Source: Eledone cirrhosa (taxonomy: Eukaryota). Taken from it: 64,000 nucleotides of DNA. The DNA lies in assembly GCA_964016885.1 (NCBI GenBank), contig OZ024740.1, positions 218,860,001 through 218,924,000 of the forward strand, written 5' to 3'. Numbering within the stretch: position 1 is the first letter of the stretch; each line of letters opens with the position of its first letter. Below, one piece after another: positions 26,786 to 38,534 of the stretch. Both the position numbers and the translations under genes were made by a program. Below the pieces are notes generated by a model. It was not told the DNA's origin. It ran no database searches and was given only the letters and a program-made list of their open reading frames with translations.

Positions 26786-28200
26786 TTTTTTTCTATCACG
26801 TCAAGTTTCATCTCAGACTTCTGGTTATAGCAAGAAAACAAGTTACCCAAATCTGGATTCAGCAATTTGTCCCAGTGCCCGTTTAGACAGAATTATCTTG
26901 ACTGGAAGATGAAAGTGATGTGTGTGTATCAAATGAAAATCATACAGCCACCAAGGAATGTGAAAACTTCAACCAGGCAGAACTGAATGATTTAGTTAGA
27001 CTTAGATCGGTCAAGTTATCAGAACTTCTAGAATATGCTGCAGAAAGAAACAAATATAACTCTTTGCAGTCTTTAAAACTGAATTTGTTTACTGTGATGT
27101 GATAGGACCGTTAAAAGCAATGGGTGCTTTACAGTATGATCCTCATAAATGGAGACTTAATAGATAGTTCAGAGTCTAAAATGTGTATTACTCCATAATG
27201 GAAACTTGTTAGGTGGAATTCCTATTGGACACTGTGCACTTAAAAGAAGCAGGAAAACATAAAAACTTCCTTAGATTTATTCAAGTACGATGAACACTAA
27301 TGGGACGTGTGTGGATCTGAAAATGGTCAATTTTTTACTTAGCCAACAAGGAGGGTATGCAAAAATCCGTGTTTCCTGTGTTTATGGGATAGCCAAGCAA
27401 AAAAATTGGTAACAAAATTATCTTTCCACCCCATCATATTAAAGGACTAATGAAGCAGTTTGTCAAATCTCAATGTAGAGGGTGACTATTTCAAATTCAT
27501 ATGTACATTTCCTGGCCTAAGTTATAAAATAAAGGCTGGTGTTTTTGAAGGGACACAAATCAGAAAGTTAATGAAATATCAAAACTTCTTGAGCTCGATG
27601 ACTGATGGAGAAAAAAAGAGCATGGGATTCATTTGTGTGTGTGTCAGCAAAAAGGCTGCAAACTACTAGGATTTGGTGGTGACATTGCTTGATAGCTTTC
27701 ATCTTTTAGGCTGCAACATGAGCATAATGACTCATTTCTTCAAGAACCATCTCAATGAACTTCCTGCTAATCTTGGAGATGTGAGCGATGACCATGGCAA
27801 GCACTTTCATCAAGATGTGCCGGTTATGGAGGAGGGATATCAAGGTAGATGGAACACACACATCATGGCAGTGTAGTCATGAAACACTCCGGGCATTCTC
27901 ATAAGCACAAATTTGCTCCATGAATATGTTGGTTAGTGTACGATTGTGCTTTATCCATTTTATTTGAGAATTTACAAGATATTAATTAGGTGATGTTATC
28001 TTATATTTCATCAGATTCTATTGACATTATCACTTATGGTTTCAAGCTATAAGACTTATTAATCCATCCTAAGTAAATTACATTATTCATACAGTACATA
28101 ATAAAATAGGAATGTGCTATAGAATGAAAACCTGATGTGTTGGGGAAAATGGATGCCATATTTGAAATCAGCACCTCAAAATCCAAGTCAGCAAAAAGTA
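26786..28200 (+). mobile_element. Decayed DNA transposon, Chapaev3/CMC-like transposase remnant
   Basis: Broken peptides FNQAELNDLVR, DLKMVNFLL, PCFLCLWDS, GLMKQFVK, KIKAGVFEG.QIRKL, LGCNMS, NLGDVSDDHG.HFHQD, YQGRW; imperfect subterminal inverted repeat (~26790-26811 vs ~28124-28149). Superfamily assignment is from recollection of the motifs. Confidence 0.7.
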
Positions 28201-31200
28201 TGGCAATGCTGTGTTTCTACAACAATCTTTATTGAACTGTTTAGCATCCCAATTGCCTGATTATGAGTCTGGTTTCCTGTGAGGTTGCAATATAAGAACC
28301 TGTGTCCGACATGCTAGATGACAATTAGGTGTTACCATTTTTGTAAAGGATGATTTAATGCTGAAGAGAAAGACAGGGTGAGAAGTTGATTTGGTGGTGC
28401 TGAAGATAGTTACTCAATTGCTTATTTTTCTCTCACAGTAGAATTTCCATACCAAAATTATTTGACACCAAATTGGTATTACCAAAACACTCTGGTGTAC
28501 TTTCAAGGTTCAGTTATCAACTGCCTGGAATGATTTCGTAGTTCAACACAGCCAGAAGGCCTGTAAAATGTGATAAGGCACTGTCACTGATCATATGAAA
28601 CTATTAAAAGAAAATTTGCTTTTCATGCTTGTTTCAGTCCCAATGACAATTTCAGCATCATTTCTATGACCAGATGCCCTTCCTGACATCAGTCACAGTT
28701 CAATCAAGGTATTGAGGTAGTGATGGCTAAGAAAGTATGATTTGAATGAGGGGCGTGACGTGTGTATGAGGTTGAGTAGGGGAACAACATGACAAGATAC
28801 CAATAAAGATGTGTCAATAAATGTCAGTTAAGTCTCATACAAAAGAATGATGGTAATGAATATCAATTATGACTGATGTTAAGTGGGAGTGGTAATGGCA
28901 GTCATAAACATAGTAATAATAGTAAACAGGTGAATTGGCAGAGTTTCTTTGCAGTACTTTTGGCTCTCTGCACCGAATTTGGCATCTCATACTTTCGAGT
29001 TTGATAGAGAAACAAGTAGCAGTGAAGTACTGGGTGTTTTGTTCCTGTTTTTTTTTCATTTCTGTCCCTTTCTGGAAGAAATTGGCTGTGTTCTGGTCTC
29101 TGCCAAGATATGCCATATTTCATGACCGTTTGATTCCATTAGTTACCAGCTCATACATACAATAGTAATGGGTGATAGAACAGAGACCAACCGCCAGCAC
29201 ACCATCATGATTGAATATCAACATCCAATACTGTCTTTAATTTTAGTGACCAAGTTACCCATATATTCAGCTTTTCTCTTAGCTCACTTGTGCTTTATTC
29301 AGGCACACAAACTTTACACATCCAGCAGAGCATACATGCATCATTCAAGGTTTATGTCTCCATGCAGCATAACAGTTCAAATACAAACATAACAATCTAC
29401 CCATCATTCAGAGGAAGAAACCCTTTGTTGCCAGCATAAGTAACAGCTCCCTGAATATTTTCCCATCTCTGCAAATTAAATTGAATAAAACATAACACAA
29501 ATAAACTATGGAAATCTTTATTTTTGATCATTAGAAATTGAAAAGGGCTTGATTCTGGAAAAGTGAAGGAAGAAAAGTGAATGAAAAACTTCTAGAAGCC
29601 GAGAAAGTTTATACATCCCCAGATGTTGTTAGAGTTGTTTGGAGGAGAGAAGCCTGCAGTTAACTAACAACTTGATGTTTATATGTACAAAAATGATTCC
29701 TCAATTCTGAGATAAGGCAACACTGCTAGAATTGGGGATTTTATCTTTACAATAGGTATAAATGATGTAATGATGCAAGAAGTGCTTGAATGCTGAAATT
29801 AGGATACTAAACTGATCAGACCAAAATAGAGGTTAAAAGTGCAGGTTGGTCAAGGAAGAGAGATACTGCTACCACAATACGGTAGCAACGGATTTCTTAC
29901 GTTAAATCTTACTACTTGGAAGCTTTCAGATCTCGCAAAAAAAAAAAAAAAAAAAAAATAATAAATAAATAAAATAAAAATAAAAATTCAACATTTAAGA
30001 AGTTTAATTTTTTTTTAATTGGTGGGGACATGTGAGTAGAAAGCTCTATAAATAAATGTAAGGTGCAAGTAAATGTAGAGAGAGAAGAGAGAGAGAGAGA
30101 GAATAAAGGCTAGAAAAGATAGTTGGAGAAATAAAATGTACCAAAGTTTTAAGGCTAGCCTTTGTTAGTTTACTTTATACTTTTGATAAGACAACAAAAA
30201 AGAATTGTCTTTTTAAAAATCCTTTCATCATACATAACAGGCAACAAATGAAAAATAAACCTTTGTCACACTCACTTCAAGTTCAGTTGCCATGGTTTCA
30301 TCTGTCATCACTTGTGAAAGGGTTTCGCTAATTTCTTGTTTTATTTCTAATGTTTTAGTTTGATAGGAAAGTGGGGCCATTTAAAAAAACTAAATGGCTG
30401 TTATGTGACAAGTCTTAAAGAAATGTTAGTTGAAAACTAGTAGAGTAGAAAATATGAAGTGCATAGATTTCTAATAGGGAAAAAAAAAAACAATAATAAT
30501 AATAATAATAATAATAAAAAATTGTAGAATGTATTTTGTGCAAGGAAAATAGGAAGTTATGAAACTGTTGTCTATTTTCCACTGTGCTCAGTCATGAAAC
30601 TAGGGTTTGGAGTGATAAGGAGTTGAAAAAAAAAAATGTTTTCGAGGAGGTGGAGATATCAGGATCTTTCTGCTGAGAGTAGTAGTAGTAGTATAATGAG
30701 CCCCAATATGAAAATGTATTTATACAAATGTAGACATCAAAAACTTGATTATGATTCCTGACTATGTTGTATACATGTAAACAGCTAGTAAGTAGACCCC
30801 CACAGGAATTTATGTTAGCCAAGAGATATCAGACCACTTGTTAGTTATTTTTGGTTAAAGTAAGATCTTTCAACAGAACACAGCTGCTGTTAACTCCAGG
30901 AAAAAAATGTCTCAAACAATATCCCCCTGCCAACTAGAAATGGTTTTTTCTGGAACCTGAAAGCTGCAATAATAATGATATAACAATGTTAATCAACAAC
31001 CAATACAGTAATTATTGATTACATCCAGCAATTATTGATTTCAGACTTGACAGAAATAATTAGGCATAAACAATATTGTTTAAAATATAATTTCCTGGTT
31101 TTTAGAGAAGAGATAATTAACTCTGTGTAAATGAGAAATCCTAGCAAATAGTTACCATCGTAATAATGAGTAAAAAAATTAACCAATAATTTTAGCTGAC

Positions 31201-32149
31201 ATTAGTGGTGGGGAGCAAGGGGGTGGTGGCCATTCATAAATTCATTTTAACACTCAGACTATGTGGTGGTAGAGGTGGTGGTCGCGGTGGTAGGAGTGAA
31301 AATTTCTTTTCTCTGTGGGAGTATCTTCTGAAAGACTAGCAAAAGGATATATATATATATGACTGGCAGAGGTTTAAATAGCAGCTAAGTGGATGGGATA
31401 TGGAAGAATTATGAGCCTCAATTGGAAATGGTCAGTGATTATAGTTACCATGAAAAACTCAAAGTAATCCAACAAAAAATTTAATGAGAAGTAATTTTCA
31501 CCCAATGTAAAAAATACTTTTGATATCTTCACAAGGAAACAATGAAACAATTACAACTTGCTGAGAACACACAACCACACATTCTGCAATGCAGAATAGA
31601 TTTGACTGCATATTTTCAAAGCTATCATCACATAAGAACAACCATACTTACTAATTTACAAACTAGAAAACATTCAACGTTAGTAAATGTAAAGGAAGAA
31701 TCTTATGGAGGAGAGAAGAAACAGAAAGAACAATGCATTATTTTTAACTACACCTGTGTAATTAATTAACTCTTAGAAAATAAACCTTGACAAAACACTG
31801 CCTTTTCCCCTCAATGAAGGGAACCAGATTTTAGGGAACCTGCAAAATGATTTACATAAGTTTTCAATAAGAACAAGAAACACGTTATCTCAAACTAAAA
31901 GAACTAAACCAATTTCACAAGATAGAAAACTAAACAATAAAATACCTACATATAAAGAGGGGAGGGAATGGGGGGATGAAAATGGAACTAGTATTTGGGC
32001 TTTGGCTTTAATGACTGCAACTAACAGTATAGTTGTAGTACAAAATCCAGTTATAGCGAGCTGAAACTGCTTACAGAAAGCTCAAACATCCAAGATGAAG
32101 ACAAATGTTCATCATCTCCATAGACTGCGGGTTTGTGTATTTATTTCAT

Positions 32150-32417
32150 TCAATAGTAACCCCCACCCCCACCACCCCCAGATCCCTGATAACCTCCTCC
32201 ACCTCTGTTATATCCCCCACCACGATTGTAGCCACCGCGGTATCCACCACCACCTCTCCAGTTGTTGGTGAACCCTGTACTCATACCACCACGGTAATTA
32301 CTGCCATAGCCACCCCCATATCCTCGGGACCCACCCTCAAAGCTGCCCCCTCGGCTGAAGTTCCGAAATCCTCTCCCACCTCCACCGAACCGAGCAAATT
32401 TGTTTGGGGGTCCATTT
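32150..32417 (-). CDS. DHX9: DHX9 last coding exon, RGG/GY-rich tail
   Basis: [24 protein letters not shown]...[30 protein letters not shown] after a long pyrimidine tract + cag. Confidence 0.94.
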
Positions 32418-35400
32418 CTGAAAAGAAAAAAAAAAAGAAAAGTGAACAGAGAAAATGAATAATTGCCATATTCACACTACATGGAACAGTTGCTACATTC
32501 ACACTACATGGAACAGTTGCTACACTCACACTACATGACAGTTGTCACACTCACGCTACACGACAGTTGCTACACTCACACTATATGACAGTTGCCACTC
32601 ACACTACATGACAGTTGCCACTCACACTACATGACAGTTGCCACATTCACACTACATGGAACAGTTGCTACACTCACTACATGACACAGTTGCTACACTC
32701 ACACTACATGACAGTTGCCACATTCACACTACATGGAACAGTTGCTACACTCACACTACATGAAACAGTTGCTACACTCACACACTACATGGTACTGTTG
32801 CCCTACATAAACTCTCCACCATTCAAAAGGAATGTAAATGTAGACACTATTGAAGGCAGCAGTAGTAATAGCATAGCATACTGAAGTGTTTATGGCTAGA
32901 TGATACCAACACTGTCTTCAATATGTTCATAAAGGTGATTTAAAAAGATTTGATCCAGGTAGCAATCCTAGGATAAGACACATCCTAAATAACCAAAGGC
33001 ATCAAAATTGCTGGCATTCAAGCTGCCAGCCTGAAAGTAAACATCTTTTAATCTCTACTGCATGGCATCTTGGCAAATAGGTATGAGCTGACAAGTCATT
33101 GGAGTGAAATTAGATAATCAGAAATTGCATGGAAGCCGTTTATACACCACATATTTCTCTCTAGCCTTTACACCATTCCAATTTCTGAATATACTTCCAT
33201 ACAGTGAGCCCATTACATTATGTAGAATGTTGGCAACACTTACTTTCTCATTTGACTATATTTCATATCTTACTAATGTTTCGTTACATCTTTCTTACCC
33301 TAACTATTAACTAGATTGCAGCTGTAATTCAAAAGGTCCAAACATACACAAAATAAACTGATGAAATGTTAAGAGGGACATTGTTTTAGAACTAAATCAG
33401 ATAATGATAAACATTATTACGCTGTACACATGACAAACACCCAGTTCACTCTGTAAGGAAGTTGTTTTGGTGCCATGATAAAAAGCACTCGGTCCACATT
33501 GTAACGTGGTTGGTGTTAGGAATGGCATCTATCTGTAGAAAGGTAGCCGAAATACAGGTCTGTATGAGCAAGACACGGTCTCTGAACCTGACTTTTCTCA
33601 TGAAACAAACCGTCTAACTCATGCGTGCATGGAAAATGGATGTTAAACGGTGATGATGATATACATGGTAAACAACTGGATGAGAGAACACAATGCATTA
33701 ATGTTGGTATCAGTCAGTTATAAAATTCAAAGAGCTATTTCAGATAACATTAACAGAGACTGTGGGTTGAACATAACCCTTTTTTTTTTTTTTTACTAAA
33801 CAGTCCATCATATTATAAGAAAGCCTACATTCATACTTAAATGTGGGTGGGGGGCTTCTCTATTGGTGGTGCTACAATGAAATGCACCCAATACACTGTA
33901 ATATGGTTGGAGACCCCACTAGTGTTTATGCCAGGATAAAATGTAAGGATTATATGAATCATAACGGAGAGGAAAAGAATGATATATACATCACAAGATC
34001 AAAGTGGTCAAACATTACTATTTAAATTTTAAAGAACATTAAACATGTAAAAGTGACTTACTCGGTCTGGTCAGCAAGTCCAAAGCGACCAGCATTTGGT
34101 TGAGATAAAAATCTCACACAACTCATCAGCGAAGACTCCTGGGGTCCTGGCTGGTTAATTACAGCTGGGTTCTGGGTGGCTCGCACTATTAGGGCTTCCA
34201 TGGCCGGACGGAGAGCGACAATTTTGGCAGCAACATTAGGGTTCATTTTTAAATTAATCCTGGAATCAGAAAAAGAAACATTGTATGATTAAAACTGGAA
34301 TTTTTTTTTTTTTTAATGAACCTTCCCAAATACACCCATATGCACAGATTATCAGGGGCTTCAAGAAACAGACTGGAAGTAAAAGGAGTTCCCAACCTAC
34401 TGTTTAGTCAGGGAGGAGAAATACTTACCATTTACAGGGCTGCCAAGACTAGTAGGAAAGCGAGGTCTCCTCTAACTTGAAACTTTATCTGAAAGCTTGC
34501 ATCAAAGTAGGCTAGATGATGGTGTTAAACCAGGCATAGATTAAATCTACCACATCAGTAGGCCACAGCAGAATTTGAGCTGAGGACTCAAAGAGCTGGA
34601 ACAAATCAGTCAGCCCAATGCACTGGGCTGGTATTTTATCTTATCAAGCCCCAAAATAATGAGTGGCAAAGTTGATATCAGTTGGACTGAACTCAGCCAA
34701 CCAAGAGCCAGAACAAATACTGTAAGGCCCTTTGCCCTATGCTTTAACAACTAGCAATTCATCACCTACCAACTACTAATGTAATGGCTAGCCTTTAAGA
34801 ATGTCTAGGTCTACCTGCATAGAAAGCAATTTATATGTTGCATACATTAAAGGTAAAAGAGGAGTGATGAGATGAAGGGGATTTAAAATAACTGGAAAAC
34901 AATGTATACTGGCAAAAGAAAAAGAGAGAGAGACGAATATACTGATATAGACAGGAAAAGTAATATATTGCAGTACTACTCAACCCATCATACGAACTAC
35001 CAGATGATAAAATGATGAATATATAAGATATACATTTATTGAAAGCTAGCTGTGTGTAACCAGTTAAGAAGAAGATATACATTGTGTCTTTGGATGTTGT
35101 AAGAGGCAACTAAAATAAAATGTTTCTTACTTACCATTCATCAAGAATAACTAAATCCTCATGATATGTCACAGATCGAGAAGCAAAAAGCAGTAACTGG
35201 ATGGGCGTTACCATTGTCATTTGTTTGCAAGACACAGCACGGGTACGTATCTAATAGTTAAAGAGAGGTGAACAAAGAGAAAATACATTAGTAGTCTATA
35301 TATAATAAAAGGAGAAAGTTGACTTTTGCAGGATTTAAACACAATTATTAATAATAATAATTGTTTCTACTTTTGGCACAAGGCCAGAAATTATCCCAGT

Positions 35401-38400
35401 GTATTACTGGTACTTTATTTTATCGACCCCGTAAGGATGAAAGGCAAAGTTAACCGCGGCGGGATTTGAACTCAGAATGGCAAGGGCCGTAACTCTTTGC
35501 TGGAAAGCACGGCGTCAGACCCTCTACCGATACTGCCATCCACCACCCTTAATAATAATAATGGTTTCTGATTTAAGCATAAGGCCAACAATTTGGGGAA
35601 GAGGAAAGTTGATTAAATCAACCCCAGTGTGTCACTGGTACTTTATTTTACCAAACTCGGTAAGATGAAAGGCAAAGTTGTAACTAAATACCTCAAAACA
35701 TTAACAATAATAATGGTGATGTGTTCACTGCCCAATTCTATGCTGTGATTACTTGTCATCTCCATCCACTCCCAAATCAAAACACAGGTGTGTGAGAACA
35801 ACATATAATACAGGGAAAAACCATCTTGCCAATACAAAAACAAAGGGGTATTTATTACAGCTTCAAAGCAAAAAGTTGCCTTTCGATTGGTCGAGAATCA
35901 TATCGAATGTTCCATGTGTTTTGAGATAAAACCTTTGGTTAGTTGGCATTAAAAATGGACCTTGCTAACAAAAGGCTTCTAACTTAGGTACAATACCAGC
36001 AATTTTGGAGGTGATTAAATCAACTCCAGTAGTGGACTGGTATTTCTATGTTATCAACTCTGGAAGAATGAAAGTGAAAGTTGTTCTTAGCAGGATTAAA
36101 ACAACATAAAGAGCCACAGTAAATACTATAAAGCATTTTGTCTAACATTTCTGGCAATCTATCACCTCAAAAGAGAAAACAACAAACAAATGCTTAACAA
36201 ACATAAGGCCAGAAATTTGATAAGAAAAGTTAGTCAATTAAATCAACCCCAATACTTGGCTGATACTTTAACACAGGAAGAAGGGAGATGGATATTAAAA
36301 TAATTTCAAAGTAAATTATTTATCTGGGACATATATATATAACTTTTGTGTTTTTCTATTTCCACAATACAAATTAATGTAATTAGTGTAAAACTAACAT
36401 CACAATACCGGCCATATGAAAACTGTTAAAAAACCCCACAGATACCCTATATATTAATGTCCAAGTCGCACTAGTAGATAAGTCACAACTCTAGTTTACA
36501 TACATTTATATAATTTACCATATATATACATATATATTGAATTGAATTCCAGTAAATATGTCACATGCTGGTTTATATTATATTTGTGTGGAAAAAGAAA
36601 TGACTTTTACACAAGTATATAGAGTAGTTCATTTCGTGCAATTTTAGAAAATTTTTTACATCAGAGAAATTATTAAAGAGTTTAAAAAAAAATTAGAATT
36701 ACCTTTTCCCCAAATATGAAATAAGGAGAGGGAAAATGAATTTCAAAATTACTGCAATTCACTGATGACTTATGGACTAAGGCATGCTTGCTTTCAGTAG
36801 TGAGTACTTTACGCTTTTCTTTATGATAGCAAACATTGGGGTAAAGACCCATACATAACAGCATTGTCACCTGCAAAATAATAAGGAACATTAATCAATT
36901 AAGCGATATTTAAGTTTATTGTAAACAACACATTCTTGTCCATCTATTCACTTATTAAGTTTCATTTTTAAATAGTGACATTGTAGTAGTTGATAATCCA
37001 AGATGCACTGTAAGGTAGAAGAAACTCTACAATGACATCTAAGACAGCACAACCTCCTTAGTGTTGGTGCTACGATAATATGCACCCAATACAGCCAGTA
37101 AAGTGGTTAGTGTTAGTAAGAGCACCCAGCTGTAGAAACTATGCCAAAAAAATTGGAATGTATGAACAAGACATGATCCCATCAACCTGTCTATAAGGGA
37201 AGTAACTGTGAATGAGAACTGGTCAAACCAATACCAGTATGGAAAGCAGATATAAAGTGATAATGATGATGAGTGTAGTTATATTTGTAAAGAATATAAC
37301 TTAACCCTTTCGCAGTTAAACCGGCCATATCCGGCCAGAATTCTCTCACCTCTTGCTGTTCAAACCAGTTGTAACTGGCCGCTCATACTGATGTTAAGGT
37401 ATTGTTCTTAAAATAAATAATATCAAAATCAAAAAGATTCAATATGTGGCATAATTATGTGAAATAAAGTCTTTACTGTGAAAATACAATAGTATATATA
37501 GAGTAATGTGATTGCTAAAGGGTTAACTTCTCTAGAATACTTCACACACCATCATAGGCTACATAAGAAATAAACATTTGTAAAATTAGAAAATTCAGGC
37601 TCTTCAGACACATATCTTTGGCTTAGTAGGCAAGTGTAATATTATTTACATATATTGCTTCTTAATTCTAGACTAACATGGTTTTAAATCATAGTTTCAA
37701 TTATCAATTGTGTGAGTAAACATAAATATCTGCAAATTATACCATCGCTCTCTCATACAATATGTCTAGAGAACGCTTTCTGGTCCCAGCGGACAGAATG
37801 GAGAAAGTGATGGGGAGACGTATTACTGATTATTATTGTGTGGATTGGCAGTATCGGTAGAGAGTCGGACGCCATGCTTTCCAGCATAGTTACGTCCCTT
37901 TATGGACTGAGTTCAAATCCCGCTGAGGTGAACTTTGCCTTTCATCCTTTCGGGGTCGATAAAATAAAGTACCAGTAATGTACTGGCTAATTGCTGGCCT
38001 TGTGCCAAAAGTAGAAACAATTATTGTTTATATATTAAATCTGAATGTGCAATACAGCCCACGTAAGATTTGAGAGATTAAAAAACTGGATTGTCACCCT
38101 GACCAAGGTACAAGATAAATCAATTGCTGTCAAAAACCTTCTTATATATGCAAACAGAAAAATACATATAAAACACCACTCACACACTAGACTTTCATAT
38201 ACCCTTTTATTCAAATAATCATTTCAGTGTTGACTTAGTGTACCCTCTTTAGGTTGGCACTTCACTACATATTTTTTATGTAATAAGGTAAACAACATTG
38301 TTTCTGGCAGTAGTTAGAATATATATATAGTGGTAGAACACTGGAAGGTAATATCCGTAGTGGTAGAGCACTCAGTCCATGGGAGGAGTTAGGTAGAAGT

Positions 38401-38492
38401 GGTTACACAACAGTTAGTTCACCATACCGGATCCTCAGCTCGTAATGGACATGATTATAACCATGTCCATGAACTAACTGTTGTGTAACCAC

Positions 38493-38534
<42 letters not shown>

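Noticed and set aside
32105-32458. 117-aa Thr/Pro/Ser-rich + strand ORF (mucin-like)
   Set aside because: Antisense shadow of the Gly/Arg-rich last DHX9 exon.
32470-32795. Regularly spaced ~25-bp repeats resembling a CRISPR array
   Set aside because: Units are directly tandem with no unique spacers, the context is a eukaryotic intron, and there are no cas genes.
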